This document shows, piece by piece, positions 11,127 through 21,029 of a DNA stretch of 55,018 nucleotides; position 1 is the first letter of the stretch; each line of letters begins with the position of its first letter. The stretch is from the NCBI GenBank assembly GCA_031431875.1, contig JANPEF010000067.1, forward strand, positions 1 to 55,018, written 5' to 3'. The notes below the pieces were generated by a model that saw nothing but the letters and a program-made list of their open reading frames with translations, was not told the origin of the DNA and did no database searches. Source of the DNA: Candidatus Eiseniibacteriota bacterium. Its GTDB lineage: Bacteria; Eisenbacteria; RBG-16-71-46; DASYSL01. A program made the translations under genes and the position numbers.

Positions 11127-11798
11127 TTGCGTCTGGTGCTGCTCGGGGTTCCGGGAGCGGGGAAGGGCACGCAGGGCCGTCGGCTCGTCGCGCGCTTCGC
11201 CATCCCGCAGATCGCCACCGGCGAGATCCTGCGCGAGGCCGTGAAGAACGGCACGCCGCTGGGCAAGGCCGCGAAGGAGCGGATGGACGCCGGGCTGCTC
11301 GTGCCCGACGCGGTCGTGATCGGGATCGTCGAGGAACGGCTGGGCGCGGCCGATTGCGCGCGCGGGTTCATCCTCGACGGGTTTCCGCGGACGACCGCGC
11401 AGGCCGAGGCGCTCGACGCCATGCTCGCCCGCGCGGGCACGCCGCTCGATCGCGTGGTGAACCTGGTGGCGCCGACCGGGCAGGTGGTGGCGCGGTTGTC
11501 GACGCGACTCGAGTGCCCGGTGTGCCACCGGACGTACAACCCGGCGGGCGCGGTGCCGCGCGACGGGGTGCATTGCGACGAGCACCCGGAGGCGACGCTG
11601 ATCCATCGCGTCGACGACGACGTGGAGAAGATCCGCAAGCGGATCGAAGTGTTCCACGCCGAGACGGCCCCGCTGGCGGATTACTACCGCCGCGACGGCC
11701 GGCTGCGCGAGGTCGAGGGGCTGGGTGACCTGGACGACGTGACGGCGCGGGTGATGGACGCGCTTGCGGGCGCGACGAAGGAAGGGGCGGGCGCGTGA
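11127..11798 (+). CDS. adk: Adenylate kinase
   Basis: GVPGAGKGTQ P-loop, LDGFPRT, LID with CPVC...CDEH; TTG start. Confidence 0.97.
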   Translation: MRLVLLGVPGAGKGTQGRRLVARFAIPQIATGEILREAVKNGTPLGKAAKERMDAGLLVPDAVVIGIVEERLGAADCARGFILDGFPRTTAQAEALDAMLARAGTPLDRVVNLVAPTGQVVARLSTRLECPVCHRTYNPAGAVPRDGVHCDEHPEATLIHRVDDDVEKIRKRIEVFHAETAPLADYYRRDGRLREVEGLGDLDDVTARVMDALAGATKEGAGA

Positions 11799-12556
11799 TC
11801 CACCTGCGCAGCCCCGAGGAAGTCGGGAAGATCCGGGAGGCCGCGCGCATGGTGGCCGACTGTCTGGATCATCTCGAGACGCTGGTCGCGGCGGGCGTTT
11901 CGACGCTCGATCTCGACCGCGCGGCCGAGGAGTTCGTGCGCGCCCGTGGCGCGCTGCCGGCGTTCAAGGGGTACCGCGGTTACACCGCGACCCTGTGCGT
12001 GTCGGTGAACGACGTGGTCGTCCATGGCATTCCCGACAAGGGGACGCTCCTGGCCGACGGCGACATCATCGGCTGCGACATGGGCGTGATCCTCGACGGT
12101 TGGTATGGCGACTCGGCGCGGACCTTCCCGGTGGGAAAGATCGACGCCGAGGCGCAGCGCCTCCTCGACGTGACGCGCGAGTCCCTGCTGGCCGGGATCG
12201 CGCAGGCCGTCGAGGGCAACCGGATCGGCGACATCGGCAACGCCGTGCAGAGTCACGTCGAGGCCGCCGGGTTCACGGTCGTTCGCGACCTGGTGGGACA
12301 CGGCATCGGTCGCCAGCTGCACGAGGACCCGCAGGTGCCCAACTACGGGCGGGCGGGAAAGGGTCTCAAGTTGTCCGTCGGCCAGGTACTCGCCATCGAG
12401 CCCATGGTCAACGCAGGTCGCCCCGAGGTCTTCACGAAGGGCGATGGATGGACGGTGGTGACACGCGACGGGCGCCGCAGCGCGCACTTCGAGCACACCA
12501 TCGCGGTGGGGCGGGAGACTCCCGAGATCCTCTCGACGAGTCCGCGCTCCGTGTAG
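11795..12556 (+). CDS. map: Methionine aminopeptidase type I
   Basis: [36 protein letters not shown]. Confidence 0.97.
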   Translation: MIHLRSPEEVGKIREAARMVADCLDHLETLVAAGVSTLDLDRAAEEFVRARGALPAFKGYRGYTATLCVSVNDVVVHGIPDKGTLLADGDIIGCDMGVILDGWYGDSARTFPVGKIDAEAQRLLDVTRESLLAGIAQAVEGNRIGDIGNAVQSHVEAAGFTVVRDLVGHGIGRQLHEDPQVPNYGRAGKGLKLSVGQVLAIEPMVNAGRPEVFTKGDGWTVVTRDGRRSAHFEHTIAVGRETPEILSTSPRSV

Positions 12557-12575
12557 TCCGGGAGATTCATCGCGC

Positions 12576-12794
12576 GTGGCGAAAGAAGAAGGTGTCCAGG
12601 TCGAGGGAACGGTGGTCGAACCCCTGCCCAACGCGATGTTCCGCGTGAAGCTGGAGAACGGTCATCAGGTGCTCGCCCATATCTCCGGAAAGATGCGCAT
12701 GCACTTCATCCGCATCCTCCCCGGGGACAAGGTGACCATCGAGCTGTCTCCGTACGACCTGACCCGCGGCCGCATCATCTACCGCTACAAGTAG
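12576..12794 (+). CDS. infA: Translation initiation factor IF-1
   Basis: LPNAMFRV...SGKMR...[10 protein letters not shown]. Confidence 0.98.
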   Translation: MAKEEGVQVEGTVVEPLPNAMFRVKLENGHQVLAHISGKMRMHFIRILPGDKVTIELSPYDLTRGRIIYRYK

Positions 12795-12867
12795 CGGATC
12801 GTCGCGAGCGGTACCCCGGGGCGGGGCTGCGCCCGAGTGTGCGAAGAGTGCGAGGAGTGGAAACGCC

Positions 12868-12984
12868 ATGAAGGTTCGTTCGTCGGTGAAGAAGATCTGT
12901 GAGAACTGCAAGGTGGTCCGACGCAAGGGCGTCATCCGGGTCATCTGCAGCCGCAACCCGCGCCACAAGCAGCGGCAGAAGTAA
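12868..12984 (+). CDS. rpmJ: 50S ribosomal protein L36 (not in ORF track)
   Basis: Manual translation [47 protein letters not shown]. Confidence 0.97.
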   Translation: MKVRSSVKKICENCKVVRRKGVIRVICSRNPRHKQRQK

Positions 12985-12996
12985 AGGAGAGGGAAG

Positions 12997-13386
12997 TTGG
13001 CTCGTATCGCCGGTGTCGACCTGCCCGCCGAGAAGCGGGTGGTAGTGGCGTTGACCTACATCTTCGGAATCGGACCGACTTCGGCGCGGAAGATCCTCGC
13101 CATGACGGGCGTGAACGCGGACGTGCGGGTCAAGAACCTGTCCGAGGAGGACAGCGCCAAGCTCCGTAACGTCATCGAGCGCGAGTTCAAGGTTGAAGGC
13201 GCGCTCCGGACCGAAGTCGCGATGAACATCAAGCGACTCATGGACATCGGCGCGTACCGGGGCCTGCGGCATCGCCGCGGATTGCCCGTCCGGGGACAGC
13301 GCACCAAGACGAACGCGCGGACCCGCAAGGGCCCGAAGAAGACGACTGCCGCCGCCAAGAAGGTCGCTCGCGGCGGGAAGAAGTAA
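12997..13386 (+). CDS. rpsM: 30S ribosomal protein S13
   Basis: ARIAGVDLP...[26 protein letters not shown] start. Confidence 0.98.
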   Translation: MARIAGVDLPAEKRVVVALTYIFGIGPTSARKILAMTGVNADVRVKNLSEEDSAKLRNVIEREFKVEGALRTEVAMNIKRLMDIGAYRGLRHRRGLPVRGQRTKTNARTRKGPKKTTAAAKKVARGGKK

Positions 13387-13401
13387 TGACAGGAGGCATC
13401 C

Positions 13402-13788
13402 GTGGCTGAAGTCAAGAAGGCTCGAAAGAAGGACCGGCGGGTGCCGAGCACGGGCGTGGCCCATGTGCGCGCCTCCTTCAACAACACCATCGTGACCATC
13501 ACCGACACCGACGGGAACGTCATCTCGTGGGCTTCGTCCGGCAAGGCCGGGTTCAAGGGATCCCGCAAGAGCACCCCGTTCGCGGCGCAGGTCGCTGCCG
13601 AGGCGGCGGCGCGCGAGGCGAAGGATCTCGGGCTCAAGCGCGTCGAGGTGTGGGTGAAGGGTCCGGGTGCCGGCCGGGAAGCGGCGATTCGCTCGCTCCA
13701 GGCCGCGGGCCTCGAGATCGCGGCCATCAAGGACGTGACTCCCATTCCGCACAACGGTTGCCGGCCGCCGAAGCGCCGGCGCGTCTAG
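13402..13788 (+). CDS. rpsK: 30S ribosomal protein S11
   Basis: [11 protein letters not shown]...KSTPFAA...[18 protein letters not shown]. Confidence 0.98.
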   Translation: MAEVKKARKKDRRVPSTGVAHVRASFNNTIVTITDTDGNVISWASSGKAGFKGSRKSTPFAAQVAAEAAAREAKDLGLKRVEVWVKGPGAGREAAIRSLQAAGLEIAAIKDVTPIPHNGCRPPKRRRV

Positions 13789-13797
13789 GAGGATTTC

Positions 13798-14427
13798 ATG
13801 GCTGTTTATCACGACGCGCGGTGCCGGTTGTGCCGTCGGGAAGGCGTGAAGCTCATGCTCAAGGGCGAGCGTTGCCTGACCGACAAGTGCGCCGTCGAGC
13901 GCCGCGGATACGCTCCGGGCGAGCACGGCAAGGGCCGTCGCACGAAGGAGACGAACTACGGACTGCAGTTGCGCGAGAAGCAGAAGGCGCGTCGCATCTA
14001 CGGCGTGCTCGAGCGGCAGTTCCGCAACTACTTCCACAAGGCCGAGAAGAGCAAGGGCGTGACGGGCGAGACCCTCCTGCAGATGCTCGAGATGCGCGTC
14101 GACAACATCCTGTACCGCCTGGGGCTCGCCCCGTCGCGGTCGGCGTCGCGCCAGATCGTGCGCCACGGTCACGTCACCGTGAACGGCAAGAAGGTTTCGA
14201 TCCCGTCGTACGTGACCCGCCCCGGCGACGTGGTCGCGATCCGCGCGAAGTCGCGCGACCTGACCGTCATCGCCGGAACTCTGGAGAAGCGCAAGGGACA
14301 GAGCGTCCCCGAATGGCTGGAGCTCGACAGCCAGGCCCGTCAGGGTCGCGTGCTCATGGCGCCGTCGCGCCAGTCGATCCCGGTGCCCGTCACCGAACAG
14401 CTCATCGTCGAGCTCTACTCGAAGTAG
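13798..14427 (+). CDS. rpsD: 30S ribosomal protein S4
   Basis: CRLCRREG...PGEHG...QLREKQK...LIVELYSK. Confidence 0.98.
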   Translation: MAVYHDARCRLCRREGVKLMLKGERCLTDKCAVERRGYAPGEHGKGRRTKETNYGLQLREKQKARRIYGVLERQFRNYFHKAEKSKGVTGETLLQMLEMRVDNILYRLGLAPSRSASRQIVRHGHVTVNGKKVSIPSYVTRPGDVVAIRAKSRDLTVIAGTLEKRKGQSVPEWLELDSQARQGRVLMAPSRQSIPVPVTEQLIVELYSK

Positions 14428-14467
14428 TCGTCCGAGGGCGGACGCTTCTCAAGGAGGCGGAATCGTC

Positions 14468-15523
14468 ATGAAGTGGAAGAGCCTGCAGATGCCGAAGAAG
14501 GCCGTCATCGACGAAGCGGTTTCGAACGACCGCTATGGTCGCTTCACGATCGAGCCCCTGGAACGCGGCTTCGGCCTCACCCTGGGGAACGCCCTGCGTC
14601 GCGTACTACTGTCGTCGCTCCAGGGCGCCGCGGTGACCGCGGTGCGGATCGAGGGAGCGTTGCACGAATTCTCGAGCCTGTCCGGCGTCATCGAGGACAC
14701 GACCGAGGTCATCCTCAACCTGAAGCAGATGCGCTTCCGGCTGATGGGCGACGGACCCAAGAAGGGCGAGTTCACGCTCACGGGCAAGGGTGCGGTGAAG
14801 GCGGGGGACCTCAAGATCGACGCCGACGTCGAGATCCTGAACCCCGACCTGGTGATCGCCAACGTGAACAAGGACGGCGACCTGCGCATGGAAGTCGAGA
14901 TCGACGGCGGTCGCGGCTACGTGGCGGCCGACCAGCACACGACGCAGGACCGCCCGATCGGCACCATCCCGATCGACGCGCTGTTCTCACCGGTACTCAA
15001 GGTCAACTACAACGTCGAGAACACCCGCATCGGTCAGCGCATCGACTACGACAAGCTGACGCTCGAGGTGTGGACCGATGGCTCGATCCATCCCAATGAC
15101 GCGCTGTCGGTGTCGGCAAAGATCCTCGCGACCCACTTCGCCCTCTTCGTCGACTTCCAGGAGGAGATCGAGGAGGAGCAGGAGGATGTCGTCGACGAGG
15201 TGAAGATGAAGATGCGCGAGAAGCTCGATCGCTCCGTCGAGGAGCTCGAACTGTCCGTGCGCTCATCGAACTGCCTGCGTCAGGCCGACATCAAGTCGAT
15301 CGGCGATCTCGTGCAGAAGTCCGAGCCCGAGATGCTCAAGTACCGCAACTTCGGTCGCAAGTCCCTGAAGGAGATCCAGGACGTCCTCACGGACATGGGC
15401 CTGGGCCTCGGCATGGACGTCGGCACCTACTACTCGGGGCGCAGCGCTCGGCCCGCCGCAGAGGCGCCGGCCGAGCCTCAGACCACGTCGTACTCGCCGG
15501 ATTCCGGCGAGGACACGTTCTAA
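14468..15523 (+). CDS. rpoA: DNA-directed RNA polymerase subunit alpha
   Basis: [22 protein letters not shown]...[11 protein letters not shown]...RNFGRKSL. Confidence 0.98.
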   Translation: MKWKSLQMPKKAVIDEAVSNDRYGRFTIEPLERGFGLTLGNALRRVLLSSLQGAAVTAVRIEGALHEFSSLSGVIEDTTEVILNLKQMRFRLMGDGPKKGEFTLTGKGAVKAGDLKIDADVEILNPDLVIANVNKDGDLRMEVEIDGGRGYVAADQHTTQDRPIGTIPIDALFSPVLKVNYNVENTRIGQRIDYDKLTLEVWTDGSIHPNDALSVSAKILATHFALFVDFQEEIEEEQEDVVDEVKMKMREKLDRSVEELELSVRSSNCLRQADIKSIGDLVQKSEPEMLKYRNFGRKSLKEIQDVLTDMGLGLGMDVGTYYSGRSARPAAEAPAEPQTTSYSPDSGEDTF

Positions 15524-15532
15524 GGAACAGCC

Positions 15533-16180
15533 ATGCGTCATCGCGTATCCTTCCGAAAACTGTCGCGCACCCACGAGCATCGTCGCGCCCTCCTGCGCAA
15601 CCTGGTCACTTCGCTCTTTCTGCACGAGCGGATCGAGACCACGGTCGCGAAGGCGAAGGAAGCGCGGCGCGTGGCCGAGCGCATGATCACGTTCGCCAAG
15701 CGCGGTGACCTGTCCGCGCGTCGTCACGTCGATTCGTACCTGTTCGACGAGGATGCGACGAAGAAGCTCTTCGACACCATCGCTCCCTGGTACAAGGAGC
15801 GCGCTGGCGGTTACACGCGCATCATCCGCAAGGGCCGTCGCCTCGGCGACGCCGGCGAGATCGCCGTGTTCGAGCTGGTGAAGTCCGAGGCGCAGAAGGC
15901 CGACGACCGCAAGCGGCGCATCGACGCCGCCGAGGCGAAGGACGTGGCGAAGGCGGAAGGCGGCAAGAAAGCGAAGGCCGCTGCCGACGCCGAGGAAGCC
16001 GCCGAGGGCGCCGAGGGTGACGACAAGCCGAAGGCGAAGGGCAAGGGCAAGGCCGCTCCGAAGAAGGCTGCCGCGGGCGCTGGTCCGGCGAAGCCGGGCC
16101 GTGGCGGCAACAAGGCGGGTCCGGGCGGCGCCGGCAAGGGCGGCCAGAAGCTGACGCGGACGAAGAAGGGCGGGGAATAA
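15533..16180 (+). CDS. rplQ: 50S ribosomal protein L17 with long Lys/Ala/Gly-rich C-terminal tail
   Basis: MRHR...[13 protein letters not shown]...GGYTRI...RLGDAG. Confidence 0.97.
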   Translation: MRHRVSFRKLSRTHEHRRALLRNLVTSLFLHERIETTVAKAKEARRVAERMITFAKRGDLSARRHVDSYLFDEDATKKLFDTIAPWYKERAGGYTRIIRKGRRLGDAGEIAVFELVKSEAQKADDRKRRIDAAEAKDVAKAEGGKKAKAAADAEEAAEGAEGDDKPKAKGKGKAAPKKAAAGAGPAKPGRGGNKAGPGGAGKGGQKLTRTKKGGE

Positions 16181-16273
16181 CCCTTCCGTGTGGGCCTGCG
16201 AGGGCCCGTCGACCGGCAGGCTCGGTCTCGCGGCTGTAACTTGAACTGGCGCAGGCGATAATGCCTGCGTTGA

Positions 16274-16317
16274 AATTGGTCGCCCCGGGGGCTCACGCTC
16301 CCGGGGCGTTGCCAATT
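16274..16317 (+). terminator. GC-rich hairpin after the ribosomal superoperon (possible terminator)
   Basis: CGCCCCGGGGGC-TCAC-GCTCCCGGGGCG stem (16281-16308) flanked by AATTGG/CCAATT; poor U-tract. Confidence 0.4.
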
Positions 16318-16633
16318 GGGGGAGGTGAGTGTGGGAAAGAGAGAGGACGAGGGGATGTTGCTCGAGGCGCTGGCTGCCGTGGAGGCGGCGCTCGCGCGGG
16401 GTGCGGAGGATCCGGCGAGCGTTGTGGCGCTTCCGCGCGTGCTGCCGTCGTCCGTCGCGCGTCAGCTCGAGGATGCGTTGCGTGCGCGGGGATTCGTCGG
16501 CGCGCGCTACAGCGACGAGCCGCGTTCGTGGGACCTGTGGGATCGACTGGAGACGGTGCTGGGGCTCGATCGCGATGAGCCGCGGGTGGAGTGGGAGCGC
16601 AATCGGGATGAGAACTCGGGAGGAAAGCACTGA
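16316..16633 (+). CDS. Hypothetical protein (start may be ATG 16355)
   Basis: ORF whose stop overlaps the next ATG (TGATG); no recognised motif. Confidence 0.5.
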   Translation: MGEVSVGKREDEGMLLEALAAVEAALARGAEDPASVVALPRVLPSSVARQLEDALRARGFVGARYSDEPRSWDLWDRLETVLGLDRDEPRVEWERNRDENSGGKH

Positions 16634-17859
16634 TGCTCGTGCAACTGCTGACCCTGGAAGCGTTCGACGTCGTCCTGGACCGGAGTGGACTCGTCGTGAT
16701 CGTGGACAAGTCGACTGGCATCAGGTTGCACGCCCTCCCTTGCAGCTGGGTGACCCGGGACTTCTTCAAAGTGAAGGTGGTCGACAACCACGGGAAGAAC
16801 GGCTCGTACTTCGGCGTGGAGTCGCGCGCCGATGCCGGCGGGCGGTTCGGCGATGCGGTGAAGGATTGCACGCGGTGCGGATCGCGGATCGATAGCGCTC
16901 GAGTCCCGGCAGGCCGACGTTCATCCACCGACGGTCCGGAGTCGACGACGCTGGTGCTGGACGGAGACGAGGGGATCGGCACCGGGGCTGGCATCAGGGG
17001 CCCGGTGCGATTCGGGAGCAGCAGCGCGCTTCCGTTCGAACCCAGGGGTGAGATGCACGATCTCCGCACCAGGATCCGCCGAGGGGTTGCCCCGCTTGCG
17101 GCCGGAGCAGGCGAGGTCCTATGGGGGACGATTCACGCCGAGCAGTCCGCGCTCCCGGCCGGCGCGGACGTCGAGAACATCCTCTTCTACAACGTTGGCC
17201 CTGGCTCTTTCGCGAAGGTGTCCCACGCCGGGCTCGCCTGGGAGTCGGCGCCCGCGTTCATCGCCACTGCCGGCGAGGCGACGTGGCCCGTCGTGGTCGA
17301 GTACGCGGTCCATCCCGACTCCCGCGAGTTCGCTCACTGGTCGGTGGGGGACGTCGCGGTCGCGTTCGAGGACGTCGCGCTCCCGCGGCTCGCCACGGGC
17401 ACGAAGCCGGGAGCCGTCTGGCGGGCCGTACACGACGCGCAATGCGTCGAGCGGCGAATCGGGAACGAGCTGCATGGCGACTTTGCGCTCGACCTCGAGT
17501 TGCGCGTGCCCGCAGCCTGGGGCCCGGCCGTGATCTCGATCGTCAAGCCGCTCGTCGACGGGCTGATCTCGGCCCTCCACACGCACGACGGGAGCGACGA
17601 GGCGCTCGTCGTGGAACGGCTGGCAGGGCAACTCGAGGAGCGCGGAGCGGTCGTCCGGGCGCGCCTTGCCGACCGCGGGCGGGCTGTCCTGGGCGTCCGC
17701 AGGTTGCTCTGGCCGTGGCGGGACGGGGTGCAATGGAACCCTGCGGACGATCGGTGTCGCGCGGCCAGAATCCGGGTCGCCCGCGGGACGGGGGATGGGT
17801 TCCGGCTCTCCGGAGCCCTCGTGGTGATCGCGCCGCGGGGGACGGTGCCGGCGCGCTGA
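16633..17859 (+). CDS. Hypothetical protein; N-terminal H-x3-C...CxxC, C-terminal part uncharacterised
   Basis: 408-aa ORF with protein-like composition; GGAGG upstream; translationally coupled to previous ORF. Confidence 0.6.
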   Translation: MLVQLLTLEAFDVVLDRSGLVVIVDKSTGIRLHALPCSWVTRDFFKVKVVDNHGKNGSYFGVESRADAGGRFGDAVKDCTRCGSRIDSARVPAGRRSSTDGPESTTLVLDGDEGIGTGAGIRGPVRFGSSSALPFEPRGEMHDLRTRIRRGVAPLAAGAGEVLWGTIHAEQSALPAGADVENILFYNVGPGSFAKVSHAGLAWESAPAFIATAGEATWPVVVEYAVHPDSREFAHWSVGDVAVAFEDVALPRLATGTKPGAVWRAVHDAQCVERRIGNELHGDFALDLELRVPAAWGPAVISIVKPLVDGLISALHTHDGSDEALVVERLAGQLEERGAVVRARLADRGRAVLGVRRLLWPWRDGVQWNPADDRCRAARIRVARGTGDGFRLSGALVVIAPRGTVPAR

Positions 17860-18293
17860 AGTATCCATCGAAGGCCGGTCGCGCGAGCGCCTGATCGGCG
17901 AGTTGGACGCGATCACGAAGGGTCGTGACGGGAACATGGGGCAGTACATCGGCGATCTGCGGCGCGCGAGAGACCCTGCGCTCGCCTGGCGCGACGATCG
18001 ATCGAGCATCGAGAACGAGGCCGACGATTTCATGTTCTCGCATTCGATTCTGCTTGACGGAATTCGGCCTGTGTACGCGCTTGCGACGGGAGTGCGCCGT
18101 AGGAGCGCCTCTCTTCGCGTCGAGGATCGCTGCAGGGCCCGCCCGCGACGTGGGTCCCGCGTCGCGCTCGTCCCTGCGCCCTTTGCGCACGGCACGGGAG
18201 TGTGCGGCCGCGTCTCCGCCTCGCGATAGAATGACCGCGTCGAGTGCAGCTCCGCTGCAACGCCGGAACCTCGCCCCCGAAGCGAGACCGACC

Positions 18294-19544
18294 ATGTCCA
18301 CCTATCGCCTGACGCATCTCGATGATGCGACGCTGCTCCGCGAACTCGCTTCCATCGTCCGCCAGGACCGCGCCACCACGGCCGTGCTGCTGGCCCACAT
18401 CGCCGAGGTCGACGCCCGCCGTCTCTACCTGCCGGCCGCGTACTCGTCCATGTTCGCTTACGCCGTCGGCGAGCTCCGGCTGTCCGAGGACGCGGCCTAC
18501 AAGCGCATCCAGGCCGCCCGTGCTGGGCGCGAGTTCCCTCGCCTGTTCGAGGACCTCGCGGCCGGTCGGCTGCACCTTGCCGCGGTCTGCCTGCTTGCGC
18601 CGCACCTCACTTCGGGGAACGTGGACGAGTTGGTCGCCGCGGCGATTCATCGCCGCAAGGCCGAGGTGGAGGCCTGGCTCGCTGAGCGCTTTCCGCCGGC
18701 CGCGGGACCCGCCATGTCCCCGCCGGCTCGCGTGATTCCCGTGGGCCCTCCCGCGGGGACGCAGGTATTTGCCCCGGGGCAGGTCACTGCGCCCATGTTC
18801 GCGCCGGACGTGGCACACCAACTTGCCCCGGGGCAAGTCGCTGCGACACTCGAAGCGCGTTACCTCGTCCAGCTCCCGATCGGGGATGCGACCCACGCCA
18901 AGTTGCGCCGGGCGCAGGAACTGCTCGCCCATGCCGTCCCGAGCGGGGATCTATCCGAGGTCGTCGACCGCGCGCTCGACGCGCTCATCGCAATGCTCGA
19001 GAAGCGCAAGTTCGCGGCGACGCAGAAGCCCCGCCCGCGTGCCGTGGCTCGCGCGCGCACCCTCCCGGCCGCGGTGCGCCGCGACGTCTGGGCGCGCGAT
19101 GGCGGTCAGTGCACGTTCACGAGCGCGGTGGGAAGGCGCTGCGGCTCGCGCCGGCTGCTCGAGTTCGATCACGTCGTGCCGTTCGCGCGTGGCGGCGAGG
19201 CCACGGTCGAAGGCATCCGCCTGCGCTGTCGTGCGCACAACCAGTTCGAGGCCGAGCGTGCGTTCGGGGCTGAGTTCATGCGCGGGAAGCGCGAGACGGC
19301 GCGGCAGGGACGAGGGCCGGGGGATCCCGACGTCGAGTCCGCGCTGCGCGGCCTTGGGTGCCGCGCAGAGGAAGCGCGCCGCGGAGCGGAGCACGCGGCG
19401 GTTGCTGCGGGCCCGGCGGCGATCGAGGACCGCCTGCGCTCCGCGCTCCAGTTTCTGGCCGCGCGGAAGGGGCTCGCGCGCTCGGTCGTTCCGCATGCCG
19501 TCGTGGGACGCTCGCCGGCCGCCGCTTCGGGGGCGGCCCCATGA
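18294..19544 (+). CDS. DUF222-like/HNH endonuclease domain protein
   Basis: N-terminal LLAHIAEVDARRLY...SSMFAY...AYKRI block; C-terminal RRDVWARDGGQC...C...LEFDHVVPFARGG...LRCRAHN HNH motif. Confidence 0.85.
   Translation: MSTYRLTHLDDATLLRELASIVRQDRATTAVLLAHIAEVDARRLYLPAAYSSMFAYAVGELRLSEDAAYKRIQAARAGREFPRLFEDLAAGRLHLAAVCLLAPHLTSGNVDELVAAAIHRRKAEVEAWLAERFPPAAGPAMSPPARVIPVGPPAGTQVFAPGQVTAPMFAPDVAHQLAPGQVAATLEARYLVQLPIGDATHAKLRRAQELLAHAVPSGDLSEVVDRALDALIAMLEKRKFAATQKPRPRAVARARTLPAAVRRDVWARDGGQCTFTSAVGRRCGSRRLLEFDHVVPFARGGEATVEGIRLRCRAHNQFEAERAFGAEFMRGKRETARQGRGPGDPDVESALRGLGCRAEEARRGAEHAAVAAGPAAIEDRLRSALQFLAARKGLARSVVPHAVVGRSPAAASGAAP
18767..18838. repeat. Two palindromic units inside the HNH gene encoding (F/L)APGQV
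   Basis: ACTTGCCCCGGGGCAAGT (18821-18838) is a perfect 18-bp palindrome; ATTTGCCCCGGGGCAGGT (18767-18784) is an imperfect copy. Confidence 0.8.
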
Positions 19545-19614
19545 CGCGTCGCGTGTGCGACACGACCGACCTGCGTCCTTGCCCCCGGCCCGGCTTTGGT
19601 GTTTCCTCACCCCG

Positions 19615-19875
19615 ATGATCGTCTGCGTCTGCACGGCCATGAGCGCGTGCACGGTTCGCCAGCGCATCGAATCCGGCGCGCGCACGCTCGGGGAGCTGGC
19701 GCGCGAGACCGTCGTGATGACGGACTGCGGCACGTGCAGGGCCACCATCCTCGAGATGCTGCACGACGAGGAGCGGCACGCCAACTACCAGGAGTCGCAG
19801 CTCACGTTGATCGCGCAGATGGGCGTCGAGAACTACCTGGCGCTGCAGGTGGGCGAGGCGGAAGAGGCGAAGTAG
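19615..19875 (+). CDS. Bfd-like [2Fe-2S] ferredoxin fused in frame to the C-terminal helices of bacterioferritin (probable deletion chimera)
   Basis: MIVCVC...CGTC Bfd cysteine pattern, then DEERH...QLTLIAQMGVENYL, matching the Bfr helix D/E pattern. Confidence 0.75.
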   Translation: MIVCVCTAMSACTVRQRIESGARTLGELARETVVMTDCGTCRATILEMLHDEERHANYQESQLTLIAQMGVENYLALQVGEAEEAK

Positions 19876-19881
19876 CGAAAC

Positions 19882-20874
19882 CTAGTTCGCGGCACGGCCC
19901 GTCAGGAGGCGCGTGAGCTTCGCACCTGGGGCGACGATGAGCGATTCGGCGGGCGCGTTCCACCACGTCTTGATGCCGGGCTTGGGCGTGGCGCGCACGC
20001 CGTAGCGCCCGGGCGGGACCGACGTCAACGTGTGCAGCGAATCGTCTGCGCCGAAATCGAAGCCGGCGAAGTAGCGCCAGCCGTCGGGGTGGATCGTCGA
20101 CAGCTCGAAGCGCCCGCCCTCGGCGGCGCCGCCCTTGTCGAGGCGCACTCCCAGACGCACGGTGGCGAGTTGCGTCGTGTCGATGGCGGGCAGGACCCAC
20201 GTCGCTTCGACCGTGTCGGCGGTCGCCAGCCTGAAATCCTTCCACAGCTGCACGTCGCCGCCGCCGAGCGGACGATAGACCTTGACCCACAGGTACGTGT
20301 CGACGGGGACGCGGCCCACCTCGAAGCGGCCGTCGGGGCCTGGGTTGCGCGTGTCGAGCATGGGGCACCCCGAGGGCAGCGCGTCGGTCGTCTGGGTCTC
20401 GACGGTGACGCGGCTCGTGGGCGCGCGGTCGCCCTCGAGCACCCTGCCGCGGATGCGTCCGCCGGGGCGCAGCGTGAGCGTCGAGTGCGTGACCATCCCC
20501 GCGATCACCTCGGCCTTGGTCGAGATCGTTCCGGCGATGCGGTCGACTGGAAGTCTTCCACAGTGGGCAAGCACGTGATAGCGGCCGGGCGGGAGTGCGC
20601 GGAAGTGCGCGATGCCCTTCGTGTCGGTCGTGTCGATCGCGGCGGTGGAGTCGTCCATCCAGACGTCGAGACCGGGCTCGCCGGTGTTGCGCGCCTGGAT
20701 CGGGACGCCGGGCACCGGAGCGCCGAGCAGGATCACGCGGGCTTCGATCGTGCCGGTCTTCGCCGGGGGCGGAGAGGCCGCGCCGGACGCGCGCGGACCC
20801 AGCGCGGCAAAGAGGGCCGCGACGGCGAGCGGGACGAGGAATCGAGCGGAACGGGGAACCGGGACCAAGCGCAT
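19882..20874 (-). CDS. Secreted protein with carboxypeptidase-regulatory-like/prealbumin-like beta-sandwich repeats
   Basis: Signal peptide (FLVPLAVAALFAAL...ASGA); repeated LPPGRY/VPPGRY and GRIRGRV motifs. Confidence 0.65.
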   Translation of the reverse strand: MRLVPVPRSARFLVPLAVAALFAALGPRASGAASPPPAKTGTIEARVILLGAPVPGVPIQARNTGEPGLDVWMDDSTAAIDTTDTKGIAHFRALPPGRYHVLAHCGRLPVDRIAGTISTKAEVIAGMVTHSTLTLRPGGRIRGRVLEGDRAPTSRVTVETQTTDALPSGCPMLDTRNPGPDGRFEVGRVPVDTYLWVKVYRPLGGGDVQLWKDFRLATADTVEATWVLPAIDTTQLATVRLGVRLDKGGAAEGGRFELSTIHPDGWRYFAGFDFGADDSLHTLTSVPPGRYGVRATPKPGIKTWWNAPAESLIVAPGAKLTRLLTGRAAN

Positions 20875-21029
20875 GGGTGCATCAAGCCTACGCGGTTCGC
20901 TCTTCCGGAGCAACGGTCGCAACGGCGAAGACTCGGTCCGGCGTTCGGTCGGAGCAAACTCCCCCACCGGGGGTGGCTCCAGGGCGGGGCGGGCTTGCGC
21001 GCGGACCACGCGCGAGACATGTTAGCGAG

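Noticed and set aside
16230..16275. TPP riboswitch or integron attC (TAAC...GAACTGG...GATAATGCCTGCG)
   Set aside because: Lacks the TPP CTGAGA/P2-P3 core and a thiamine gene; no matching GTTRRRY R' box and no integrase; only a 7-bp hairpin is supported
17903..18229. 108-aa ORF upstream of the HNH gene
   Set aside because: TTG start without RBS, no motif, and the 3' half is low-complexity; at most a gene fragment
20595..21029. N-terminal extension of the FAD oxidoreductase given in the ORF track
   Set aside because: Overlaps the divergent gene; the Rossmann motif begins shortly after GTG 21030
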